This document shows, piece by piece, positions 1 through 8,682 of a stretch of 64,000 bases of DNA; position 1 is the stretch's first letter, and each line of letters starts with the position of its first letter. The translations under genes and the position numbers were made by a program. The notes under the pieces were generated by a model, which searched no databases, was not told where the DNA came from, and saw nothing but the letters and a program-made list of their open reading frames with translations. Source of the stretch: Nitrospinales bacterium. Lineage in GTDB: Bacteria > Nitrospinota > Nitrospinia > Nitrospinales > VA-1. The stretch spans positions 2,880,001-2,944,000 of the forward strand of contig CBDCWG010000012.1 of the NCBI GenBank assembly GCA_965223345.1, read 5' to 3'.

Positions 1-1842
1 ACCGACGCGAAGGGGCAGACGTTTTCCTTCGAGTACGACGCTCTGAACCGGCTCGCGAAGGAAATCGATCCGCTGACGCGGGAGACGCTGTTTCTCTACG
101 ACGGCAACGGCAACCTGCGTTTCATCACCGACCGCAACGGCCAGACCAAAGAATTCGTGTACGACTCGGCCGGGCGAATCGTGCAGAAGATCCTGCTGCC
201 GGGCACGGTGGATGAGGCCGTCACCCTCTATCAGTACGACCTGTTCGGCAGGCTGACCTCCGTGGCCGACTCCGATAGCGTCGTCACGTCCACCTTCGAT
301 CCCCTGGGACGCATGCTCACCACTTCGACAGCCGGATCGCCCAGTCAGCCGAACGTCACCCTCTCCTTCACGCACGACCTCAACGGCAACCGGCTGACGC
401 TGAACGACGGTCTCACCGGGCTCACGCAATACGACTACAACGCCCTCAACCTGCCAACTTCGCTGAGCCACGCCTCAGGCAGCGCAGCAACCTTCGCTTA
501 CGATGGCATCCACCGCAGGGTGCAGACCGCCTACTCGAACGGCACCACAGAAGACCTGCAATACAACGCCGCCGGTCAGGTGACCGGCATCGACCACCGG
601 CTGGGAGCGTCCGTATTCTCCAGCTTCGACTACAGCCACGATGCGTTCGAGAACCGCGACGCCGCCACGCTCAACCGTCCTGCTGCGGGCATAACGAAAG
701 CGCTGAGCTACCTCTACGATTCCCGCAACCGGCTCACCCAGGCGACGCGGCCGGAGACCGGCGATCCGGATGAGACGTTCGCTTACGACGCGGTGGGCAA
801 CCGGCTCTTGCGGGACGGTCAGGTGGGCAACTCGATCTTCGACAGCGCCAACCGCCTGCTGGAAGACGCGGCGTTCACCTACGTCTACGACAACAACGGC
901 AACCGCATCGCCCGAACGGACAAGGTTTCCGGATCGGTGACGGAATACGAGTACGACGCCGACGGCCGCCTGATCCGCATCCTGGAAAAAACGGACATCC
1001 TGAGTCCGCCGACGCAGACCACCGCCTACCGCTACGACGGGCTCGGCCGCCGTATTCAGAAGGACGTGAACGGCGTCGTCACCTCCTATGTCTACGACGG
1101 CAAGAACATCCTGCTGGAATTCGACGGCAGCGGCGCGCTGCTCGCCCGCTACGCGCACGGCCTGAATGTGGACGAACCGCTGGTGATGGAACGGGGCGGC
1201 GCACCGTTCTTTTATCACCGGGATGCACTGGGCAGCGTGCAGGAGATCACCGACAGCACCGGCGCGGTGGCGCAGGCCTACATCTACGATGCCTTCGGCG
1301 GCGTTCAGGCGGCCACGGCATTGGAAAACCCGTTCGCCTTCACGGGCAGGGAGTTCGACCCCGAAAGCGGTCTCTACTATTACCGCGCCCGCTATCTCGA
1401 TCCGGCAGCCGGGCGCTTTCTCAGCGAAGATCCGATCGGCCTGCAGGGCGGCATCAACGTCTACGCCTACGTGGGCAACAACCCCATCAACTTCATCGAC
1501 CCCGACGGACTGGTGGGGGTTTCTTCCACCCCGCAGCGATTGAAACGAGGGTTCATAATAACAGGATTTGCGGTTATCGGTATCGCCTGCGCAATTTGCG
1601 TGCAGCCGTTACTGAGTGACGCAGGAGTTCTAGCAAACCGTGAGGATGAATTTCGACACTGCTTCGTCGGAGCAAAGGCAAAGCAAAAATGCTCGACGCT
1701 TTGCGCCGGATTGGCAGCTGTAGGAGGCGAAGCTATAGATTTAATTGGGCCCGGTAATGCACCGGGATATCAAAAACACACTGAAGGGGTTGAAATGCTC
1801 CGAAAATGCACTATGCGATACCGAGTTGAGAGAGTGCTGTGA
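1..1842 (+). CDS. Rhs/YD-repeat polymorphic toxin, 5'-truncated by the window edge; C-terminal toxin domain starts after position 1512
   Basis: Frame 1 is open from base 1 (TDAKGQTFSFEYDALNRL...). Many YD repeats, Rhs core (FTGREFDPESGLYYYRARYLDP...GRFLSEDPIG) and PINFIDPDGL cleavage motif ending at 1512, then an abrupt drop in GC. Confidence 0.93.
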   Translation, partial: TDAKGQTFSFEYDALNRLAKEIDPLTRETLFLYDGNGNLRFITDRNGQTKEFVYDSAGRIVQKILLPGTVDEAVTLYQYDLFGRLTSVADSDSVVTSTFDPLGRMLTTSTAGSPSQPNVTLSFTHDLNGNRLTLNDGLTGLTQYDYNALNLPTSLSHASGSAATFAYDGIHRRVQTAYSNGTTEDLQYNAAGQVTGIDHRLGASVFSSFDYSHDAFENRDAATLNRPAAGITKALSYLYDSRNRLTQATRPETGDPDETFAYDAVGNRLLRDGQVGNSIFDSANRLLEDAAFTYVYDNNGNRIARTDKVSGSVTEYEYDADGRLIRILEKTDILSPPTQTTAYRYDGLGRRIQKDVNGVVTSYVYDGKNILLEFDGSGALLARYAHGLNVDEPLVMERGGAPFFYHRDALGSVQEITDSTGAVAQAYIYDAFGGVQAATALENPFAFTGREFDPESGLYYYRARYLDPAAGRFLSEDPIGLQGGINVYAYVGNNPINFIDPDGLVGVSSTPQRLKRGFIITGFAVIGIACAICVQPLLSDAGVLANREDEFRHCFVGAKAKQKCSTLCAGLAAVGGEAIDLIGPGNAPGYQKHTEGVEMLRKCTMRYRVERVL

Positions 1843-1924
1843 CGATCAAGATTTAATTCCTGAAGGTGGCTGATAAAACATTTTTGGCCTATTAGACTCT
1901 TACATATATTCGAACAAACTTGCT

Positions 1925-2413
1925 ATGGAACATCAAAAAATTTTGAGAACAATAAAACTTATTACCTTTCTGGCTCCCATATTCCTATCGGGATGCATAG
2001 ATATAAAAAACTTAGAGTACGTCCCCGCGTCGGAAGAAATCAAACAGCTTTTTCCAGAGTTTTTATCCAAGCCGACGGAAATTCAAGGAATCTATGGAAA
2101 TCGCGATGTGGACGCAAGACTGTTTATGTATCAGACAGAGGATCGCGATCTATTTACAACGATTGAAAAGACAGCAAAGGAAACGAAATGGATTCTTCGA
2201 AAAAATACTTCTGTAGAATTGGAATTTTATAAAAATCACAAATCAGGAGTCCCCATAACAGGACCGATCCGTATTGGTTATCAGTCAGAAGGTCAACGAG
2301 TTTGTGTTGGTTCTTTCAGTCATGGTGACGAAAAATGGGCTTCAAAATACTTCTGGCCTAAATATGAAGCCTGCATAAAAGGAGCGAGCCTTACTGAAGA
2401 AAATAATCAATAG
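1925..2413 (+). CDS. Putative Rhs immunity lipoprotein
   Basis: AT-rich 162-aa ORF directly after the Rhs toxin domain; lipobox LSGC after a hydrophobic leader. Confidence 0.7.
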   Translation: MEHQKILRTIKLITFLAPIFLSGCIDIKNLEYVPASEEIKQLFPEFLSKPTEIQGIYGNRDVDARLFMYQTEDRDLFTTIEKTAKETKWILRKNTSVELEFYKNHKSGVPITGPIRIGYQSEGQRVCVGSFSHGDEKWASKYFWPKYEACIKGASLTEENNQ

Positions 2414-2621
2414 GCATCCATTCGATTCCCAGCTACTTGCCTTTTAATTAAAACTTCCTTCCCGTTGTCTTTAAAACCCTTCTTCCTCTCAAACGAAAAC
2501 ATTTTTTTCAAGCCTTTTAAACGCAAGGCTTCTGAGATATATTGCGGATGTTCCCCGGGACACGCAATGCCATTCCCTTACCTGTAACCCTTTCCTGCTG
2601 GAAACCGATCTGGGAGATTTC

Positions 2622-2840
2622 ATGAAGACCGTTACCTATTCAGCGGCGGTGCTCGTTACGCTGTGGGCCGTTGGCTGCGCATCGCCTCAGGAGCGCGCCA
2701 GCCTGGCGGACGCCAAATTCAAGGAAGAAAAAGTCGAAATCCTGGAAGAATATAAGGAATGCGTGAAGGAAAACCTCGGCGACGAGGAAAAACTGGCCTC
2801 CTGCGAGTACATGCTGAAAGCCATCGAAGCGACGAAGTGA
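2622..2840 (+). CDS. Small lipoprotein (72 aa)
   Basis: GGGAGA RBS; signal peptide ending in AVGC; helical charged body with two further Cys. Confidence 0.75.
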   Translation: MKTVTYSAAVLVTLWAVGCASPQERASLADAKFKEEKVEILEEYKECVKENLGDEEKLASCEYMLKAIEATK

Positions 2841-3036
2841 CCGGAAAAGCTCCCGGCCGCCCTTCCCCCCCAAGCCCACCTGCCCACCGTAAGCCGCTGA
2901 GCCGGTGGGTTAATTTTGTTTTGCCTCGCCCAAGGATTTGATATCATTATGGCAATCGCCGTGGCGAGGGCTCCGGGCCCAGGCCCGGCGCACAAAGCCT
3001 GGATGAACCACAACCGATTATTTTAAAAGAAGTTTC

Positions 3037-3519
3037 ATGGCAGAAGGGGAACGATTCATAGACAACGGCGACGGCACTCTGACGGACACGAAATACAACC
3101 GCATGTGGACGAAGGAGGACAGTTGGCAGATGCGCAACAAGTGGATCACCTGGACCGCCGCCAACAAATTCGTCGCCTGGTTGAACGAGCAGAAATACGC
3201 CGGTTACAGCGACTGGCGCCTCCCGAAGAACCAGGAGTGCCGCAACCTCTACGACCACGACAGCAAGAACACGGATTTTGACGGAGACATCGTCCACATC
3301 GATCTCAAGTTTCCGGAGGGCTGCGGTTCGACCTACTGGTGCGCCGAAGAAAACGGCATCAACGCCATGGCCTACAATTTTTACAGCGACCGGGCATACC
3401 AGATCCGGAAAAAATCCTCTGACGATTCCAACATGGCCTGCCGGCCGGTCCGTTCCTCCGGCCCGGAAGTGAAAAAGGCCGGCCGCGTTTCCAACACGGG
3501 AAGAACCCGGCGCGAATGA
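3037..3519 (+). CDS. Lcl C-terminal domain (DUF1566) protein
   Basis: RFIDNGDGTLTD...W, YAGYSDWRLP and terminal RPVR motifs typical of DUF1566. Confidence 0.85.
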   Translation: MAEGERFIDNGDGTLTDTKYNRMWTKEDSWQMRNKWITWTAANKFVAWLNEQKYAGYSDWRLPKNQECRNLYDHDSKNTDFDGDIVHIDLKFPEGCGSTYWCAEENGINAMAYNFYSDRAYQIRKKSSDDSNMACRPVRSSGPEVKKAGRVSNTGRTRRE

Positions 3520-3589
3520 GCGGGGCCACCGCCCGCTGCGACGCACCCGCCGCCCCCAAGCATCTCACTCGCCTTTGGAGATTCCTCAA

Positions 3590-4744
3590 ATGGCCCGACA
3601 CCGAGGCACCGTAGCCGAAATCGACCTGGCGGCGTTCCGCCACAACGTGAAAGTCGTGCGCTCGCTGCTCAAGCCCGACGTCAAGATCATGGCGGTGGTC
3701 AAGGCGGACGCCTACGGCCACGGCGCGGTGGCCTGCGCGCAGGCGGCGCTGGAGGCGGGGGCGGAATGCCTGGGCGTCGCCGTTCTGGAAGAAGGCATCG
3801 AACTGCGCGAGGCGGACATCGGCGCGCCCATCCTGCTGCTCGGCAGCATCTTCCCGAACGAGATCCAGGACCTGCTGCACTACCACCTGAGCCCCACGGT
3901 GTTTCACTACTCGCTCGCGCACCTGTTGTCCAGGCAGGCGGAGAAGCGCGGCAAAAACGTGGGCGTCCACATCAAAATCGACACGGGCATGGGCCGGCTG
4001 GGCATCCCGCCGGAAGAGTTCACCTGCCTCATGCAGCAAATCAAGGCGCTCAAGAACCTGCGCATCGAGGGCGTGTTCACGCATCTCTCTTCCGCCGACG
4101 AAACCGACCCCGACTACACCCTCACCCAGCTCACGCGGTTTTCCGAAGCGCTCAAGGACTGCGAAGATCACGGCATCGACCTGCCGCCCACCCACTGCGC
4201 CAACACGGCGGGCATCCTCAAATTCCCGCAGAGCCACCGGGAGATCGTGCGGCCGGGCATCATCCTGTACGGCGCCCTGCCCTCACCCGATCTCGCGCCC
4301 ATCCTGGAAAAATCCGAAAAAACCAGCGGCGAAAACCGCTTCCGCCCGGTGATGCAGTGGAAAAGCCGCATCCTGAGCGTGCAGCAGGTGCCGGCGGGCC
4401 GCGCCCTGAGCTACGGCCGCACGTTCGTGACCGAGCGGGACAGCCTCATCGCCACGCTGCCGGTCGGCTACGCGGACGGACTGAGCCGCAACCTGTCCGG
4501 CAAAATGCAGGTGCTGGTGCACGGACAGCGCGCGCCGCAGGTGGGGACGATCTGCATGGACCTGACGCTGATCGACGTGACGGACATCCGCCCCAACGTG
4601 CAGGCGATGGACGAGGTGGTGCTGTTCGGCACGCAGGGAGAGGAAACCATCACCGCCGACCAGATGGCGGATTGGGAAGGGACGATCTCCTACGAAGTGC
4701 TGTGCAACGTCGGCAAACGCGTGCCGCGCGTGTACAAGAAATGA
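3590..4744 (+). CDS. alr: Alanine racemase
   Basis: AVVKADAYGHG PLP-lysine motif, KIDTGMGRLG, GYADG, GTICMD. ATG at 3590 follows GGAG. Confidence 0.97.
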   Translation: MARHRGTVAEIDLAAFRHNVKVVRSLLKPDVKIMAVVKADAYGHGAVACAQAALEAGAECLGVAVLEEGIELREADIGAPILLLGSIFPNEIQDLLHYHLSPTVFHYSLAHLLSRQAEKRGKNVGVHIKIDTGMGRLGIPPEEFTCLMQQIKALKNLRIEGVFTHLSSADETDPDYTLTQLTRFSEALKDCEDHGIDLPPTHCANTAGILKFPQSHREIVRPGIILYGALPSPDLAPILEKSEKTSGENRFRPVMQWKSRILSVQQVPAGRALSYGRTFVTERDSLIATLPVGYADGLSRNLSGKMQVLVHGQRAPQVGTICMDLTLIDVTDIRPNVQAMDEVVLFGTQGEETITADQMADWEGTISYEVLCNVGKRVPRVYKK

Positions 4745-4745
4745 G

Positions 4746-4984
4746 TTTGACAGGATGGACGGGATAAAAGCGAAAAAGCAGGGAAAACCAAAACCAATTT
4801 CACCGCAAAGACGCAAAGGGCGCAAAGGAAAAACCAAGAAAGGAATTATAAATATCCCTCTCCCCAGGAGGGAGGCCAAGCATAGCTTGGCGACCTTCCT
4901 ATTTATTAGTTTAATGAGGAAGTGCGGGACTTGCTCCCGCCACCCGCACATATAATTTCTGGAAGTTGCTTGGGTGAGGGGGAA
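4746..4984 (+). repeat. Composite intergenic repeat element, copy 1
   Basis: Modules GACAGGAT..GGAT, CGCAAAGACGCAAAGGGCGCAAAG, ATCCCTCTCCCC-GGAGGGAG..CAAGC..AGCTTG and TGGGTGAGGGGGA recur in the same order, reverse-complemented, at 49929-50113. Confidence 0.7.
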
Positions 4985-5008
4985 TGGATAAATACAGATT
5001 TAACCTTC

Positions 5009-5470
5009 CTACCGCATCTTCATCCTATGCCCGCAGTCGGTGCACTCGTAGCGTTTGCGGAAGAAGATGAAGGGGAAGCCCAGCAGCAGGCTCCAAGCGC
5101 CGGCTTTGCGGGTGGCGTCCACGACTTTCAGGTTGGGCGATTTGCATTTCTCGCACAGGTCGCCGGGTTTGAGGGCGGGGAATTCTTCCTCGACGGCGGC
5201 GAGGTCGGCGGAGTGATCTGCGCTCAGTATGGCCTTGGCCCGCTCCACATCGGCTTCGCGCACCTGCAGCTTCACGCCTCCGAGCGCGAAGGAATAGGCC
5301 CAGTCGATGCCGATCAGGTTTTTGTCTTTCAGGAAACAAGGGATGCCTTCGGATTCCAGCTTGGCGCGCGCCAGCTCGGCCAGCGGCACGTCGCGGAAAC
5401 TGGCGATGGTTTTCAGGCGGTTGGCGGATTCGTCGTCGTTACCGTCGTCTGCGGGATAAACATTAAGCAT
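5009..5470 (-). CDS. DUF2007 (putative signal transducing) domain protein with Cys-rich zinc ribbon and membrane segment
   Basis: AELARAKLESEGIPCFLKD...GGVKLQV...ERAKAIL pattern; CEKC...CTDC flanking a hydrophobic stretch. Start uncertain (5470 or 5491). Confidence 0.8.
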   Translation of the reverse strand: MLNVYPADDGNDDESANRLKTIASFRDVPLAELARAKLESEGIPCFLKDKNLIGIDWAYSFALGGVKLQVREADVERAKAILSADHSADLAAVEEEFPALKPGDLCEKCKSPNLKVVDATRKAGAWSLLLGFPFIFFRKRYECTDCGHRMKMR

Positions 5471-6401
5471 GCGGTTTGTGCGCGCTGACATACACAGCGT
5501 CGCTCAGGGAATACTCGCCCTGTTTGAGGTCCCAGATCGCCGCCTGCTTTGCCATGATTTCGTTCAGCTCACCATCGGTCAGCGAGGCGGCGGTTTTGCC
5601 GTACAGGTTCTGCGCCGCGGGTTCGAGCGATTCGCCGAACAGTTTGCGGGCCGCCCGCGGAAAGGTTTCGGTCGGCAGCAGCCGCGTGCCCTGCCCGGCT
5701 TTCTCGATGGCGAAGTGGCCGCACATGTGAAACTTCGGCTCCGCAAAACCGGTTTTTTCGAGCAGGGTGCGGTGCGTGCCGATGGTGAAATGGTTGATGT
5801 GCTCCTTGATGAACCAGTCGTACTCCGGCTTGGCGTGCATCAGGTGATAGGTCACGTTGTCGAGGTTGGGCGTGGAGAAGATGACGTGTCCGCCGGGTTT
5901 CAAGAAGGTGCAGACGTGCTTCATGATGGAAACGGGATCGAAAGCGTGCTCCAGCACCGCGAGCAGCACCACCACATCGAAGGACTCGGGCGCAAACCCC
6001 GCGTCGTGCAGATAGGTCTGCTGGATCTCAAGGTCGAGCACCTGTTTGGCGAGCTCCACCGCTTTGGGTGAAGGATCGATGCCCACCGCGTCCCAGCCTT
6101 TTTTATTGGCCAGCGACACCAGCGCACCGACGCCGCAGCCCACATCGAGAAGCCGGCCCGGCGCGAGGTTGAGATACGCGAGGATGTCCATCACGATCTC
6201 GACGGCGGTGATGTTGACCTTTTCGTAAAACTCCTGCCCGTGGTAATAGGCTTCGATCCGGTCGCTCATCGGCCGCGGGCTGTAAAACTGGAAACCGCAT
6301 TCCCCGCAGCGCGACAGATGGTGCCCGCCGCTCGTGGTGAACACCGGGATTTTAGCGGCCGATCCGCACAACGCGCAATTCACCTCCACAAGTTCGGTCA
6401 T
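5463..6401 (-). CDS. Class I SAM-dependent methyltransferase with N-terminal zinc ribbon
   Basis: CALC...CGEC; LLDVGCGVG motif I; FDVVVLLAVLEH; LKPGG. Confidence 0.88.
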   Translation of the reverse strand: MTELVEVNCALCGSAAKIPVFTTSGGHHLSRCGECGFQFYSPRPMSDRIEAYYHGQEFYEKVNITAVEIVMDILAYLNLAPGRLLDVGCGVGALVSLANKKGWDAVGIDPSPKAVELAKQVLDLEIQQTYLHDAGFAPESFDVVVLLAVLEHAFDPVSIMKHVCTFLKPGGHVIFSTPNLDNVTYHLMHAKPEYDWFIKEHINHFTIGTHRTLLEKTGFAEPKFHMCGHFAIEKAGQGTRLLPTETFPRAARKLFGESLEPAAQNLYGKTAASLTDGELNEIMAKQAAIWDLKQGEYSLSDAVYVSAHKPHA

Positions 6402-6647
6402 GGCTGTCTCGTTCCTCTATAAGGAAGGTTGGAAAGGGAACCGGATTCCAATCGTCCCGCAAACACGTTGAAAAACCGCCGAAAAGTGAAACAGCAGCCC
6501 ACCCAGGCCGGTTTTTCGTAAACAAACCAACCATAATACATTATAATACAAAGAGTTAATCAATCCTCAAACTACCCGTTTCAGGCACAAACAGCAGCCT
6601 GCTGGAGATGTTTCCGGGCTCACTTTTCCATAAAACCGGGGGAGCAC

Positions 6648-7379
6648 ATGGATCTGGAAAAGGCATACAAAATAGATTTGTTGCAATGCGTCGATTTTCT
6701 GAGCAGTTTTTCGGTCGCCGCCATCGAAAAACTGATCCTCGACTGCCATGAAGTCGCCGTCAACCAGGGAGACACGGTCCTCACGGACGGCGAAATGGGC
6801 GAAACGCTGTACATCGTCCTGCAGGGAGAACTCACTGTGTACAAGGACGACATCGAAATCGCACAGCGGGGCCCCGGTGATTATTTCGGTGAAATGGCCT
6901 TGCTGGTGCCCGGCCCGCGTTCGGCCACTGTCAAAACCACAACCGACTCCCTGCTTCTGGAAATCGACAAAAAGCAGTTCAGGAATCATTTCGGAGAAAA
7001 CTCGCACGCCTTGCTGGCCATCATGCGGACGATCGCCGACCGGTCGCGGGAAGACCTGAAAGCCCTGAGCCAGGGATACCAAAGTCTGAAAAAAGAAAAA
7101 AACCGGGTGCGCGACGCCCGTCAGGTTCTCAACAATACCAGCAAAATCAGCGACGCGAAAACCGATTTCATCACCAGCATGAGCCAGGAAGTCATCACCC
7201 ACCTGAACTCCATCCTGACTCTCGTGCACGCGCTGGAAGAAAACACGGAAGGAAACCTCAGCGCTTACCAGAAAGACACGATCAAGCAGATCCTCAACGA
7301 AGGGGACGAGCTACTGCAACTGGTGCGCGAGGCGTTCGAATTCGCTTCGGTGGAGGAAGACGGCCCCGATAACAACTGA
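6648..7379 (+). CDS. Cyclic-nucleotide-binding domain protein with degenerate HisKA (DHp)-like C-terminus, no ATPase domain
   Basis: GDYFGEMALL...PRSATV cNMP motif; C-terminal KTDFITSMSQEVITHLNSIL resembles an H-box. Confidence 0.85.
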   Translation: MDLEKAYKIDLLQCVDFLSSFSVAAIEKLILDCHEVAVNQGDTVLTDGEMGETLYIVLQGELTVYKDDIEIAQRGPGDYFGEMALLVPGPRSATVKTTTDSLLLEIDKKQFRNHFGENSHALLAIMRTIADRSREDLKALSQGYQSLKKEKNRVRDARQVLNNTSKISDAKTDFITSMSQEVITHLNSILTLVHALEENTEGNLSAYQKDTIKQILNEGDELLQLVREAFEFASVEEDGPDNN

Positions 7380-7435
7380 ACGGCACTCCCCTCGCTGCAA
7401 CCGAAATCCCTTCCGCTTGCCTGCCTCCACCTCAC

Positions 7436-8365
7436 TCATTCTTTCAGCCGCACCTCGTTGAGGCTTTGCAAATTCTTCTCACGGCAATGTGTTTCCAATC
7501 CGTCGAGGACCTTCATCGTCACGGACGGGTCGATGAAGTTGGCGGTGCCGATCTGCACCGCAGCCGCTCCCACGGATAAAAACTCGAGCGCGTCTTCGGC
7601 GCTGGCGATGCCGCCGATGCCGATCACGGGAATCTTCACGGCGCGCACGGTCTGGTACACCAGGTTGAGCGCGATGGGCTTGATCGCCGGGCCGGAAAGC
7701 CCGCCGGTGCGGTTGGCCAGATACGGCGCGGCGTTTTGCAGATCCACCGCCATGCCCACCTGGGTGTTGATGAGCGACAGCACGTCCGCGCCCCCTTCCT
7801 CGGCGGCGCGGGCGATTTCCGTGATATCGGTGACGTTCGGCGACAGCTTGACGATCAGGCACTGGTCCGTCGCCTGCCGCACCGCCTTGAGAAGATCCCG
7901 CACCACTTCGGGATCGGAGCTGAACTGGGTGCCGCCCTTTTTGACGTTGGGGCAGGAGATGTTCATCTCCAGCGCGTCGATGCGCTCCACCCGGCTGAGC
8001 GCCGCGGCCAGTTCGCAGTATTCCTCGACGGTGTCGCCGAAAAAATTGACCAGAATGCGGGTCTTGTGGTTTTGCAGCTGCGGCAGTTTTTCTTTCAGGA
8101 AGCGCTCGAGCCCGATGTTTTCCAGCCCGATGGCGTTGAGCATGCCGGAGGGGGTTTCGACGATGCGCGGAACCGGGTTGCCGATCTTCGGCTTTAAGGA
8201 GAGCCCTTTGGTGGCGAACGCCCCGAGGCGGTCGAGATCCACAAAGGGGGCGTATTCGATGCCGTAGGCAAAGGTGCCGGAGGCGGCGATCACGGGATTC
8301 GCCAGTTTCAGTTTGCCGCCTGCAAGGTTGACGGAAAGATCCACGTTCGCATTGCCGCTGTTCAT
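7436..8365 (-). CDS. pyrD: Dihydroorotate dehydrogenase (family 1B catalytic subunit)
   Basis: ASGTF, NAIGLEN, EMNISCPNV, KLSPNV, GGLSGPAIKP, GIGGI motifs. Confidence 0.95.
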   Translation of the reverse strand: MNSGNANVDLSVNLAGGKLKLANPVIAASGTFAYGIEYAPFVDLDRLGAFATKGLSLKPKIGNPVPRIVETPSGMLNAIGLENIGLERFLKEKLPQLQNHKTRILVNFFGDTVEEYCELAAALSRVERIDALEMNISCPNVKKGGTQFSSDPEVVRDLLKAVRQATDQCLIVKLSPNVTDITEIARAAEEGGADVLSLINTQVGMAVDLQNAAPYLANRTGGLSGPAIKPIALNLVYQTVRAVKIPVIGIGGIASAEDALEFLSVGAAAVQIGTANFIDPSVTMKVLDGLETHCREKNLQSLNEVRLKE

Positions 8366-8483
8366 CGTTTCCGACTCCCGTCTCGATTCCGGTTGGCCAA
8401 TCCGCGCAACTTCCCGGCAACTTCTATCACATTAAGTCTTACTTTTACAACCAGATCGATTGCGTTCTCCCGTTCAATTCGTG

Positions 8484-8512
8484 TTGACTCTGTTTGCGAT
8501 CGCCGATATACT
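8484..8512 (+). promoter_or_regulatory. Sigma70-like promoter for the SPOR-domain gene
   Basis: TTGACT - 17 bp - TATACT. Confidence 0.55.
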
Positions 8513-8682
8513 TGAAATCGGTGGGTCCGTTAGATTTTGAATTCGTTGACGTTAAACGGCCGGCACCCAGCTTTCCCCGAACTCATCCGTTGTTTGACAA
8601 ACCATGAACGCCAGGCACTCAGCGGGCGGCTTGTTCATGGTAGTGATAATCCAGTTTAATTTCAACCAACTCCAAAAATTCC

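Noticed and set aside
4746..4830. CRISPR-like array from the CGCAAAG repeats
   Set aside because: Units are short and irregular with no spacer structure, and there are no cas genes.
7436..8365. pyrD without an adjacent pyrK
   Set aside because: Separation of these genes is common and cannot be judged from one window.
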